A stretch of DNA of 63,731 bases, the filler included, from Chiloscyllium plagiosum (taxonomy: Eukaryota), in NCBI RefSeq assembly GCF_004010195.1. It is 4 parts of one record of this genome, joined end to end, with 100 filler letters (N's around TTAATTAATTAA, not from the genome) between each part and the next. Parts side by side here need not be neighbours in the genome. Positions count along the whole stretch, not along the records: positions 1 to 15,572 come from NC_057711.1; 3 more parts are not named here. One strand, given 5' to 3'. Below, one piece after another: positions 1 to 13,293 of this stretch (the stretch's first letter is position 1; each line of letters begins with the position of its first letter). Position numbers and translations under genes: made by a program. Under the pieces are notes generated by a model that was not told the DNA's origin, searched no databases, and was given only the letters and a program-made list of their open reading frames with translations.

Positions 1-107
1 GCAAAGGCTAAAATGGAGAGCTGTGCAGGCCGTGCTAGTGGACTACTCCATAAACTGGACTATCTACATAGCATGAGGAACATTGCAAACCTTCACCAGG
101 ATATTTG

Positions 108-235
108 CTGAAGAAGGTCTTATGCCCGAAACGTCGATTCTCCTTCTCCTCGGATGCTGCCTGACCTGCTGCGCTTTTCCAGCAACACATTTTTAAGTTC
201 TGATCTCCAGCATCTGCAGTCCTCACTTTCTCCTA
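108..235 (+). mobile_element. Short Penelope-derived repeat beginning with a hammerhead motif (one stem II mismatch)
   Basis: CTGAAGA-A-GGTC-TTAT-GCCC-GAAA-CG-TC at 108-135, followed by the same 3' sequence as the copy at 33720-33849. Confidence 0.75.
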
Positions 236-1254
236 GTTGATAGTCAACAGAGAAGCAATATATACACTGGTTGCAGTCCACCATCTCCAGAGATGGATAG
301 ATGTCAATATTATCTTGTATTTATGACCTCAAGTTAGTTTATGTCTCTACCACATACCCACCCCATCCCAAGCAGGTGTTTCCATATCTATTATATCAAA
401 CTCTGTCACAATCCCAATACTCCTCAATTTCTTAAAGAAAACGTCCAAGCCTTTTAGCCTTTTGTCAAAAGTGTACTATATGCTAATATGACTAAACAAC
501 CTTCTATAAGTTTAGCACACCATTTCTGCTTTACAATTCAATTTGTCTCAAAATAGACCATAGTTCGTAGCTATTGTTTATGGGCTTGGTAATTTTGTGA
601 TTTTTCCATTTGTACCCCTCGATCCCTTTGTTCATTTTCCCCACTTAGACTTATTACTCAAGCAATACACTGCTTTCTCATTCTTCCTACGTAATGCATC
701 ACCCCATACTTAGCTATATAGAAAGAGTTTTTCAATTTACATTATTTTTGTAATTTGCTGCAACTTCGGTGCAGTAATTGAATCTGAGGAGGTGATTCCA
801 GAAATATAAACTCAGAAGAAATATGTAAATAGCAGGAAGAGTGGTTAATGAAACACATGATTGTGAAGGACTGGGCATAGGAGTAAAAAAAAAAATCGAC
901 AACGTCAGCATTCCAAGGTGAAATTGAAACCAATCTCAATGTTATAATAGATCTGTAGTCGATACGGTCACCCACTGCTGAGCAGCAATCAACAAAATAA
1001 ATCGAAGGCTTAACCATATTGGCAAAAACATAGGGAACAAGGCAGAGGAAACCATGTTCCAATTCTACATAGTACACTCCAAACAATTAAAAGTTATTTT
1101 TGTGTTAATTCCTTTATCCACTAAATGAAATTAAACAATGTAAATAATGCAGTGGAAATGAAAATGTGTTTCAAAATAAATAGCAATTTATGTCAATTAA
1201 AAATAGAAATTGCAATACTCTAATTAAATTAATCCTTGCCACTCCAATTAGAAA

Positions 1255-2420
1255 CCATAGTAGGCCATTGAATCTGCCTTGCCATTTAATTCAATTGTAA
1301 CGGATCAACTACCTCTAAGCCACTTTTCCACATGATCTCTATATTCCCTGATGTCATTAATCTCCAGAAATCTTACCTATTTCTGTTTTCATACACTCAA
1401 AGATGAGCTTCCACAGCTCTCCAGGGTAAAATAAAATCTAATGAGTTACCACACTGTGAGTGAAGACCTCTCTCCTCTTCTCAGACTTAAATGTCTACTC
1501 CTTGTTCTGACATTAGGACCCTTGGTTTTAGAATGACCAATTAGAGGAAACATCTTATCTGCATCCTTCTACCATGCCCTGTAAGAATTTTGTCAGTTTC
1601 AAGTCATGTTTATTCTTCAAATCTCTAGGGAAGACAGGCTGAGTCTCCTCAATCTCCTCATAAAACAATTTTGCCATCCCCAGGGACTAATTTGGTGAAT
1701 CTTCATTGCCCACTATCCCTCCTTCAATAAGAGGATCAAAATTGTACAGAATGCTCCAGATGAGATGTCACTAAGGCTCTATACAACCACAGCATGGCAT
1801 CTTTATTCTTATACTGAAATTGAATAGCTAAATTTATCTTCTTAATTGTTGATACAACTGCATGCTAACTTTAAGTGCCTCATAAACAAGGGTACTACAC
1901 TTCACAAAGTCTCACCATTTAAGAAATCTTTAATTTTTCTGTTTTTTTTCCCTACTGAAGTAGATAATTTCACACTTGTTCAGATTAAATTAATCTCCCC
2001 AATCACTTAGCTTGTCCATGCCCCCTTGAAACCACTTTGTACACTCCTAAAAATTTACATTTACAAACAGTTTGGTGTCATGGACAAATAAGAAAATATT
2101 ATATTTTGCTTCTCACATATAAATCATTTATATAGATCATGAACAGCTGTAGTATTCACAGTGATTGTCAAGTTATCCCCACCAGTAACAACATGATCCA
2201 TTTCTTCCTACTCTTTCTATTCCATTCTCAAGTCAAGCTAGCAAATTTCTCTCAGACTCATGTACGATAATTCTATTTACTAACATCCAACTTCACCTTC
2301 AGAAAATCCACGAACGTGACCATCCACTGTTTCTCCTTCAGCAATGTAACAAGTAATTGCCTGAAAATTTATCAAACCTGACTCCCCCTTCATAAATCTA
2401 CAGTGATTCCGCTCAATTTT
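1255..2420 (-). mobile_element. Old degenerate CR1-like LINE fragments
   Basis: Reverse-complement similarity to the CR1 3' end and RT segments seen elsewhere in the window; heavily decayed. Confidence 0.5.
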
Positions 2421-2640
2421 ACCATTCTTTTCTAAATGTCCAGTAACACATCTTTTATCATAGATTCTAGTATTGTTAAGGTTCATTTGGTGCATTAGTC
2501 CCTCCCTACCTCTGAGCCAGCAGACCCAAGTTCAAGTCTCACCTGCTCCAAAGGTACATAATAACATCTCTGAATGGGTTAATTAGAAAAATATCGAGAA
2601 TTTAGTATTTTCCCCATGACTGATATAAAACTAACAGCTG

Positions 2641-2770
2641 GGAGAAGGCGAGGACTGCAGATGCTGGTGATTAGAGTCTCAATCCTGATGCAGGGCTTTT
2701 GCCTGAAACGTCGATCGTCCTGTTCCTCGGATGCTGCCTGACCTGCTGTGCTTTTCCACCACCACACTCT
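2641..2770 (+). mobile_element. Short Penelope-derived insertion with inverted 5' segment and degenerate hammerhead
   Basis: 2641-2678 is the reverse complement of the family 3' end. Motif CTGATGC-A-GGGC-TTTT-GCCT-GAAACGTC at 2685-2712. Flanked by near-identical taaaactaacag / taaaaccaacag. Confidence 0.7.
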
Positions 2771-3767
2771 AAAACCAACAGTTCTTGGTTCTCACTCTTC
2801 CTCCCTTCTTAAATAATAGTTAGATTTGCTATTTTCCAATCTACATGAATCTTTCCAGTATCTTGCCCAGACAAAGAATTAAACTTCAATCCAATTAAAT
2901 TTTCAAGAATTTTACTAATACTATTTCTTTTAGTTCCTCAAAGATTATGGGTACCTTGGTCACTTAGGTTTCCTGTATCTTCTTCAGTGCATTCTTTTAG
3001 TAAGATGGGTTCAAATAAATAATAAAATGCACTATTTCTTCATGCCCTTTATGTCATCTCAATACAAATTAAAATACCCATTTAATAGCTAATATACAAA
3101 TAGTTTCAAGAACTGTTTACACTTTAGGGATCCAAATATCTGAACCAATCTCAAATATCGATTTGATAGCTTCTAATTTGGAAAATGAATGACAAACTAG
3201 TGATGCTACTGTTATTAATATCCATTTCACAACCTCTTTTACTTTCACTCTGAAGGGTTTGTATAGAATAATAAAAAATAAACAATGCTTTTGCCTCCTG
3301 TTTTGCTTTGATCCATTTATTTCAGCTCAGTTTGAACCTTTTATTTTATTCTCTTATTCCCTGAGGTATCCCAGTCTGACATGTTGCAGACACACAGGTA
3401 TGGCATGCAGTCAAACAAAAAAACAAACCAGCCTTGAGTAAGGAATAGCGCCAATCAAGGAAAGCTTTGTATTCAATCTAATTATTTTCTAAATTGCCAT
3501 GAAGTAAAATGTGAAAAAAAGATTGGCAATGCTCTCCAGCATAGTTTTGATTTTGATTTGTCTTTTACATTTGCAACCAAGTTCTGCCATAATGGAAAAA
3601 CCATAGAAACTGGCACTGAATAGTACCAACATTTCTGATCACTTATGATAAACCTGCTCAGAGCTATAGAACCCTTTCTATTTCCAAGATTAACATCGAA
3701 ATGATCACAATTTTTAAATGAAATTGTCACTCTTGCTGAGTGAAATGAGGCAGATCTGGTATGAAGT

Positions 3768-3859
3768 TGAAAAGTGTGGTGCTGGAAAAACACAGCAGGC
3801 CAGGCAGCATCCGAGGAGCAGGAGAATCGACGTTTCGGGCATAAGCTCTTCCGGCATGA
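3768..3859 (-). mobile_element. Short Penelope-derived insertion truncated inside the hammerhead, 16-bp TSD
   Basis: AGATCTGGTATGAAGT at 3752-3767 and 3860-3875; the insert matches the hammerhead-bearing family. Confidence 0.8.
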
Positions 3860-4084
3860 AGATCTGGTATGAAGTCTTATGTATAATTTTCTGAGCTGTG
3901 GATCTAATTTGTGTGGTGACAGGGAACCATTCATACCACACTAGTGTTGCATTCAGATTGTTATGTTCACAAAATTGTTTCTTTTGCTAATAACATAGCA
4001 CTCCCACCAAGGACAATATGGGATTTTCACTACTCAAATACTCAATTTGCATTAGAAAAACAAAACTGCTATAGAACATACATA

Positions 4085-4803
4085 TTCCTCGACTGTGCTT
4101 TGTTAGACCCCAGCTGGAATACTGTGAAGAGTTTTGGGCCTCTTATTTAAGGAAATATATATTGGCAATGGAGACAGTCCAGAAAATGTTCACTAGGCTG
4201 TTTTGTTTTCCCAATTATTTCAGAGAAAGTGGTGGTAAGGCACCATCCTGAACTGAAATGAAATAACTCCTCAACCACTCAGATGGCATTTGGAGTCACA
4301 CATAAGCCAGATCACATAAAGACAGCAAATGCTTTATCCAAAAATGGATGGGCTATATATGAGGAGAGGCCGAACAGATTGGAATATTCTGGGTGCAACA
4401 CAGAAGATTGAGAGGTGACCTCGTTGAAACAAACGAGATTCTTATGGGACTTGACAATGTACATGCAGAAAGGCTATTTCCCTCTGGGGGAAAAGAGTCT
4501 CGGACCAGAAGGCGTAATCTCAGAATAAGTGGCTATATATTTAACGCAGCAGCATGGATGAAATTTCTTCTCTCAGAGGTTGATAATCCATGAAATTCTT
4601 TAATGTAGAGGGCTGTTGATACTGGATCAATAAGTATTTTTAAAGCGGAGATAAAGAAATTTTTAATCAGCAAGGGAATCAAGTGTGAGAGGTAAAAGGC
4701 AAGAAAGCAGAGTTGAGAATAATAAGATTAGTCATGATCTCATTAAATCAAAGAGCAAACTCAATGGCTGAATTGCCGACATCTGCTCCTATGTCTTGTG
4801 GTC
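4085..4803 (+). mobile_element. CR1 LINE 3' fragment (interrupted)
   Basis: Translates RRLRGDLVET..ILMGLDNV..ERLFP...SRTR, the typical CR1 ORF2 C-terminus, followed by a 3' UTR. Confidence 0.75.
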
Positions 4804-7271
4804 AATCCAGTTTTCACATTTTCTTGTATGACTGTTAGCAATTCATCTAAATTCACATGTCTGCTACACCTAAGGTCAGGAAAGCTCAATTACTCTGTAC
4901 ATGGACCAAAGACTTTATAGGGTCAATTAAATCATTTTTTTTAAAAAGGTAATTTTTCTTTATATAGGTTCGCTAAAACTTTTATCTTTTCTCAAAACAA
5001 GTACCATGCTGAAATCTGAACAAATACAAGTTGGAGAATATAAACAAGACATTCCAAATATTACACAAAAAGTTAAGCATGTCAAGCCCAGTATTAATGG
5101 ACAAAGAAGATGGAGACTCAATCATTTCATATATCGCAGTAAATGAGAGAACTCTGATACATGCCGTTAATTTTCAATAACTCCTGTGTAAATAGGCAAA
5201 TGCAGATAGAACTGGACTTCCTTTGCTGCACCGTATAGTATTTATAGTATTTATGGTAATTATAGTATTTATATTTTAAATACTAGACTGTTGTTTCATT
5301 GAATTTATCAGCTTTGGGGGCTTAAGAGAAAGCTAAATGTATGTAAAAATTCGCTTGGACTTAATTGATAAATTTTGCTGGCAGGTTGAAAGCAACTCTG
5401 GAATTGGCCATGTATGTTTTTTTGAATCTGACTCAGTTGCTGTGAACAGAAAGCACTATTAGGCGGGGTTAAGGCAGAGATATAAACCACAGTCATCTCT
5501 TTTGACTGTAGCATCAGTGTTCAATTAAAGGAGCAAAACTTTGCTTGTCCTGCATGGCGTTTTAGTACCATAATGTGACTGAGCACAATACAGAGGACAA
5601 TCCATACAACAAGAAGGAATTACCAAGGGGGGGATATATGTAGCACCTGCACCAGGTCAAACCCACCCCAGAACAATTTAAAGCTTCAGAAAAAAGCCCA
5701 CCACAAACACAAAAAATAGTTAAGAGAAAGGATAATTCCATTTCCCTGCCCCTACCCTGAGCAACTCAGTCAGCAAAACCAAATGAACAAACCACAACTT
5801 TTTTGCCATTTTCTCAAAACATTTAATTTGACTCAAGATATTTTCTTTGATTCTTTCATAGGATGCTGGTGGTGTTGGCAAAGTCAGCATGTTTTGATTT
5901 CCCAATTATTTCTGAGGAAGTGAGGTCAGCCACCATCTTGAACAGAACTGAAACATCTCCTGGACCACTGCTGAGGGGAGAGTCAACTGCACCGAGAGTC
6001 ACACTTAAGCCAGCTCACAAAGACAGCAAATGCCCTTGCCTAAATGTCTTTAGTATATGAGATGAGTTTTTATGACAATCCAGTGCTTACAGGTGTGACA
6101 TTTTATGGTCCCTTCCGGGTTTTGAATGATAGGCAGGGATGGAGAGGGCGAGTGTCTACCCAAACGTCCTCATACCCTTTGTTGCAACATGCCTATTTAG
6201 CTCAATCCAGATTTAACTTTTAGTGGGGTTTCATTGCAGTATGCAGTGCGCACTGCAATCGCAGAAGTGGGCACCATTTCCAGTGGCACAATGAAGTCCA
6301 ATCAGAACTGTTGGCCAATCAATGTGGTTCACTTTGAGCTCATGAACCAGCATAAAACTCAACCATTGGTCACATGAACGGAAACTAATTCCCAATTTAA
6401 ATTTGTAACTTGATGTAATGGGACTTGAACACCACATCCAGATCGGTGGTCTAGACCTCCCGATTACTCGAGAAATCGCATTGCCACAGAGCGACTATAT
6501 CAGCAATATATCAGAAAGATGTCAGTAGTTGTATATTTTCAATAATTTAAAGAAATATACATTTTAACTTCCAGTTTAACTTAGTAGGTGAGAAACCATT
6601 TTAATTAAATATCCTACAAATGTAACAAATGTTGAAAGCAAACTATAAAGGGAACTGTAGATTGTCAACATTCTCTTTACTCTATTATACAATATTTGAT
6701 TGAAAGTTCTGTAATAATTGCTTACACTCTCAAAGTATGAGCAACAGGACTGAGAGGTGTGTCTACTCTGAAGCTGTTTTTTTGTTTTTATCCATTTTAG
6801 TTTGCATATGTTTTCAAGCATCAATTCAAATATTAAAAACAGTGCAGTACTTGAACACTGCAATGTGGTTTATATTATGGTTGAAAAATAATTTTGCTGA
6901 GGCTATTATTATTTTTTGCACCTGACAAGATTGGTGTAGCCCTTGTATATGGTTCTCAGCTCAACAGTAGACAATTCACTCCTACTTGAGAAGGTAGTAC
7001 TGTTGTAACATAGTTATTAAAATTACTAGAATTCAGAAGACATCTTTAGAACTGCTTATTTAAGAGTTTTGTTGGTTTGCACAGCCCAAGCTGTTTCATT
7101 TTATATTAAGTAACAAGGTATCGACCATACTATCTGCCTAGAGTTTCTACTTTCAGTGTAATCTTGAGTATTTTCTTTCAAAGCTCAAGATTCAATTCGA
7201 AAACTCAAGGGCTCGACCTTTCACTGTTCTACCAAAGTTAGGTCCCTATTACCAATTATATAGAAATCACA

Positions 7272-7960
7272 TTGCAGATGCAGTATAATGTGTATAAATG
7301 TGAGGCTTTCTACTTTGGCAGCAAAAATAGGAAAGCAGATTATTATCTGACTGGCTATACATTGAGAGAGAAGAATGTGCAAAAAGACTTGGATGTCTTC
7401 ATACACCAATCACTGAAGGTAAGCATGCTGGTGCAACACGCAGTGAAGAAGGCAAATGGGAGAAGATTCAAGTCAAGTTGCTATAGTCTTACTGGACTAA
7501 AAGGCTCCTCTCTCATTAGAGAGATGACTGATTGTAGTTTAACCTGAGGGCCATCACACCTCAGGTCAGGGGAGAGGTTGAGAAAGAAATTCCTTCAGGT
7601 AACCTCAGCCAGTGCAGGAATTGAACCCATACTGTCAGTATCACGCTGCTTAGCAAACCAACTGTCCAGCCAACTGAGCCAAACTAAGGATATGGCATAA
7701 GCCATTTAGGACTGAGATGAGAAGAGCCTTCACCCAAAGTGTGGTAAAGCCAGTAGAATTTGTCACCACAGAAAGTAGTCGAGGTCAGAACATTGCATGA
7801 TTTCAAGAAGGGGTTCGATGTAGCACTTGGGAAAGGATCAAAGTATATGGTGGGGGGGGGGGGGGAGCAGGAACAGGCTATTGTATTGGATGATCGACTA
7901 TGATCAAAACGAATGGCCGATCAGGCTCAAATGGATAAATGGCATACTGCTACTATTTTC
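7272..7960 (+). mobile_element. CR1 LINE 3' fragment with an internal SINE-like insert (~7470-7690)
   Basis: MQYNVYKCEAFYFGSKN...DLDVFIHQSLKVSMLVQHAVKKANG, the CR1 region downstream of RT. Confidence 0.7.
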
Positions 7961-8174
7961 TATTTTTTAAAATGTTTTCTTTGCTGACAATATTTCAAAA
8001 TATTCATTTCAAGTATTTTAACTGACAGGTACACCTCATAAAAAATCATCTCAGAAACGAAACACTCCTGGAAAATCTTGCAGTACGCGATAAAAACAAA
8101 ATAGGTGAAATAATCTAGAAATTCACCAAGGTACTTTCAACAGCATCTTCTAAACTCATGACCACCACTACATG

Positions 8175-9250
8175 GAAGGTCCCACATGGAAGACTGATTA
8201 AAGTGGGTAAAAGTGCACGTGATCCAGAAAAACTTGGCCAGTTAGATCCAAAATTAGCCTTATGAGGGGAGCCGAAAGCTGTTTGTCTGACTGGTGTACC
8301 ACAGGGATCAATGCTGGGCCCTTTGTCGTTTGTGTGTGTACAATCAATATACAGTGGAAGAAATGGTAGGGGCGATGATAAATAAATTTGCTGATGACAC
8401 AAAGATTGGTCAGGTGGTTGACAGTGAGGAAGAAAATCTTAGGTTATAGGGTATAGACAGATTGGTCAGATGGGCAGATCAATGGCAGGTGGAATTTAAC
8501 CCTGATAATTGTGAGATGATATATTTTGGAAGTAACAAAGTAAGGGGGTACTCAAGAATGGCATACACTAGAAAGCTTAGAGAAACAGAAAATCTTGGAA
8601 CATACAATAAAAGTAGCAAAATAGGTTAAATATTCAAGAAATCTTTCAAGGCTCTTTGGACAGCACCGAAGGCTGCCTCTCCTGAGATCCCTGAAGACAT
8701 CAGGATAGGTTAATAGGGTAGGTAAGAAGGCATGCAAGACACTTGCCTTTAGCAGTTGTGGCATAGATTATAAGAACAGGGGGGTTATCCTGGAGCTGTA
8801 CAAAACTGGTTAAACCACTGTGTGTAGTTCTGGTCACCACATTACAGGAAGGATGTGATTACAAAGGAGGTGCAGAGGAGATTTGCCAAAATGTTGTCTG
8901 GCATGGAGCAGTTTAGCTATAAAGAGAGGCTGGATGAGCTTGGATTGTTTTCTGTAAAGCAGAGAAGGCTGAGAAGGGACCTGATGAGGGGTAAGGACAG
9001 GGGATAAAAAGCAGTTGTTCCTCTAGTTGAAAAATATACTACAAGGGAGCGTAATTTTAAAGGTAAAGGGTCGGAGGTTTAGAAGGGATTTTAGGAAAGC
9101 TTGTTTCATCTGGAGGGTGGTGGGAATATGAAATGCACTGTCCAGGAGGGTAGCTGAGGTAGGAAAACTTCATAATTTTTAAGAAGTGCTTCAATGAGCA
9201 CTTGAAATATCATAACATTCAAGGCAATGGCCCAAGTGCTGGAAAATGTC
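8175..9250 (+). mobile_element. Degenerate CR1 ORF2 3' half
   Basis: Contains GVPQGSMLGP and KFADDTK RT motifs plus the C-terminal region. Confidence 0.75.
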
Positions 9251-9309
9251 TGTCTTTCGTATCTCTCTCCATAGTTAACACTGATGCAAAATTCTCGTTT
9301 CATATCTCA

Positions 9310-11170
9310 CCCATCTCCTGCAGTTCCAGCGATAGGAGGCCTTGCTGATCTTTAAGGGGCCTTCTTCTTTCCCTTGTTACTCTGTTGTCCTCAATTTGTA
9401 GAATCCCTTTGGATTCTCTTTAACCCTATTTACCAAAGCTCTCTCATATTTCCTTTTTGCCCTCCTGATTTCCCTCTTAAGTATATGCCTACTGCCTTTA
9501 TACTCTTCTGGGGATACATTCGATTCCTGCTGTCCTGATATATGCTTCCTTATTATTCTTGACTAAAACCTCAATTTCTCAGGTCATGCAGCATTCTCTA
9601 CACCTACCAACCTTGCCCTACACCCTAACAGGAACATACTGTCTCTGTAACTGTTATCTCATTTTTGAAGGCTTGTTTTTTTCAACAGCCTGTTCCTTGC
9701 TTTCTCCCCATATCCTTCTTGAAAACATTCAATGTTTTGACTTCAACCACTTCTGTGGCAGATGATTCCACAAGCTAACGACTCTGAGGAAAGAAATTGC
9801 TCCTTCCCTTAGTCCTACATGGTTTACCCCATATTCTGAGAGTGTAACTTCTGCTTCTAGGTTTTTCAGTCATCAGAAACATGCTTCTTGCATTTCCTTG
9901 TCTAGTCATGTTACAATTTGACAGGTTTCTAAGAGATCCCTCTCAATCTTCTATGCACACCAGAATACAGACCTAACCAGTTCAGTCTCGTCATATGTCA
10001 GTCCTACCATTCAGAAATTTCTCTGGTAAAACTCAACTGCATTCCCTCCATAGCCACAATTTCCTTACTCAGATAAGGAGACCAAAACTGCACATAACAC
10101 TCCATATACGGTCTCACCAAAGCCCTGTACAACTGCAGCAAGGTATCCCTATTCCTGTACTTGAATCTTCTTTCTATGAAGGCGAACATACCATTTGTTT
10201 TCTTGACTGCCTGCTGCACCTGCATGTTTACTTTTCGCAACTGGTGTACAATGATACTCAAGTCTCGGTGCACTTTCCCCTTTACCAAACCATCACTATT
10301 CTGTAAAAATTTGCCTCTTGTTTTTGCCACCAAAGTCGATAACCTCACATTTATCCACATTATACTTCATCTGCCATGCATTTGCCCACTCACTCACCTT
10401 GTCCAAATCATATTGAAACATTTCCATGTGTTCCTGACAGTTCACCCTCCTATCCAGCTTCTGTCTCATCTGTAATCGTGAACATGTTACACTTACATCC
10501 CCTATCCAAATAATTAATGTACATTTTGAATAGCTGGGGTCCAATCGTTAATCTCTGTGGTACTCCAGTCACTGGTTGCCACTTCGAACATGACCCATTT
10601 TTCCGACTGTTTGTTTTCTGTCTGCCAAGCAGTTCTCTATCCATTTCAGTACACTACCTCCAATTCCACGTGATTTAATTTACATGCTAAATGCTTATGT
10701 CGGACCTTATCAAAAGCCTTCAGAAAGTCCAAGAAAGCCACATCCACTGGCTCCCTTTTATCATCTCTACTAGTTAGATCTTTGAAAAGTTCCAGTAGAT
10801 TTGTCAAGTATGATTTCACTTTCATAAATCCATGCTGACTCTGTCCAGTCCTATCACTGTTTTCCAAGTGCTCTGTTATTAACTCATTTATACTGGCCTC
10901 GAGCATATGCCCCACTACTGAGTCAGGCTAACCAGTCTATAATTCTGTTTCCTACCTCATTCAAAGAGTAGGGTTACATTACAAATCCATAGGAGCTATT
11001 CCAGATTCTAGAAAATCTTCAAAGATGATTACCAATGTACTGACAATTTGTAGGACCACTCTTTAAGTACTTTAAATTATCGATCCTTGGGACTTATTGG
11101 CATTTAATCCCGTTCCCAATACCTATATCTGAACTAATACTGATTTCTTTCAGTTCCCCTCTCACTGGCC
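9310..11170 (-). mobile_element. CR1 ORF2 fragments (at least two pieces)
   Basis: Minus-strand ORFs give SQHGFMKVKSYLTNLLE, DVAFLDFLKAFDKV and LYRALVRPYMECYVQFWSPY. Confidence 0.85.
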
Positions 11171-11851
11171 CAACTACTTCTGTCATGGCAAATTCCACAA
11201 GCTCACCACTCTCTGGTGAAAAATGTTTTCCTTATTCTTCACCTAAATGATTAACATATATTGTAAATAATTGTGGCACAACACTGCTCCCTGTGGCACT
11301 CTACTAGTTATAGGCCACTATCCTGTAAATACATCCTTCATCACATATCTCAGTCGAGTTAGTTAGCCAATTCTCAGGGCAAGGCACACATAGGTAATGG
11401 ATGTTGGCACTGTCCCGCCCAATAATAACACATCTATATCAATAAGGTTCTAACAACTCCTTCAACCATGTGACAGAAAACTGGAATGCAAATTTGCATC
11501 AGAAGCTGAGGAGTCTAGAGAATCCACCGCAGGATCATCTCAAACTTGCGATCACAAAAATAGCTCTATCCACAGGTCTTGCAAAAAGAGACAACAGAAG
11601 ATTATGTAGTAAACCAAATTACACTTTATTAAAAATTGAGTGGACCCTGGTGACAAATTTGAGGTTCAAGAGTCACATCACGGGGATCCAAGATGCCGGC
11701 GACCCAGCAAGTCTGAGTCTATAGTGCTCTTCCCAAGACTTGGGTAAAGTGGGTCACCCACCCCCACCACACTCACCAAATCATTCATAAAAGCTGTTTA
11801 ATTTAATTAGTTGCTTAGTATTACATTTAAACAGTCTAATATTTAGTAAAA

Positions 11852-12709
11852 ATGACCAAAGGGAAGGGACCCCGCAGCTCTCAGCAAGCAGGAACCCCTC
11901 CCCCACCCTCTCCAGCTGCAGCTGAGGCGTCCACAGCCGCCCCGGGGGACTTACCTTCAGTGACAAGCCTTGTGGAGATAATCTCCAAGCTGGATGCGAA
12001 GATCGACGCTTTTATCGAGGAGCCCCGAAATCGATGGGACTCACTCTCGGCCGCGCTGCAGAAGCACGACCGAGACATTAAGGAGATCGTGCGCCGAGTC
12101 GGAGGGGCAGAGCTAAAGGCCGAAACCTCTGAAACTACAGCGCAATCGGCCGTGGATCAGGTCCGGACTCTCGAACAGCGAGTCCGGACCTTAGAGAATT
12201 ACATTGACGACATCGATAATCGAGGTCGTCGAAAAAATATCTGTTTGCTGGACCTTCCCGAATGGGTAGAGGAAGGCCAGCTTACAGCATTCCTCGAGCA
12301 GTGGCTGCCACAGCTTTTAAATCTGCAAGCTGGATCAGGCCAGTTAAGGGTGGAATAGGCCTACCGGGTCGCAATATGTGGGCCCGGCTCAAACCAGCGC
12401 CCACGCCCGGTCCTGTTCCGGCTGCAGAGCTATAGGGAGAGGCAGATACTCCTAGAAGCTTCTAGAAATCTTGGAAAAGACCCCCAAGCTATGACCTAGA
12501 AAGGATCCAAGATCATATTATTTCAGGACTTTTCACCAGCTCTGGTCCGAAAGAGGAAGGCATTCGATGAGGCGAAGAAGCGTTTAAGGGACTTAAATAT
12601 TCAATGCTCCTTACGCTATCCAGCGATGCGACGCTTTAACCATGAAGAATCCGTGTATAACTTCGGATCGCCAGAAAAGGCTAAGGAATTCTTGGACTCT
12701 CTTAGATAA
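11852..12709 (+). pseudogene. L1 ORF1p (coiled coil, RRM, CTD) with two in-frame stops
   Basis: MTKGKG... coiled coil ...DIDNRGRRKNICLLDLPE. In-frame TAG at 12356 and 12497; terminal TAA at 12707-12709. Confidence 0.88.
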
Positions 12710-13293
12710 ATTGTAAGAGATAATGGATGTTGGTTTGCCTTTCCCCCGGCTTTGGTTTATATCCCCCCCCCGCCTTTTTTTCTTACCTTACTGTTTAATA
12801 CTATCATGGGGGTGGGGAGAGGGATTTAATTTTCTCCCCCCCCTTGGGGTTGTTTTTTTTATTATTTTATGTATATGTGTGAGTATGTATGTATATGTGT
12901 GTATATTTTACCTCTGTCTTTAGGAGCGGGGTTGTTTTTCCCTTGTTATTTTATATTATTATATTTAATTATTATTTGTTGAGGTTGTAATTTTATAGTT
13001 AGATGTTTATATATGGTATTACCATTACCAAATATATCCAGGTGTTGGTATGGGTAGGGGTAGGGTGCTCACTGTTAACTCTAGCTTTGTATTATATCTG
13101 AATTGGGAACAAGGGGGAAAATCTCCACTTAAATATGTTTTATATATTTTTTATTATTTTGAAATAGTTTTTTATTATACTGTTGTGAGTGTATTAGAGA
13201 GCCTTTATTTTTGCAAATTTTATATACTCTATGCTCGGGATGTTCTGGACAGGATTTCCCCTCCCGAGGGGTCTCGGATTTGCCCGGATGATT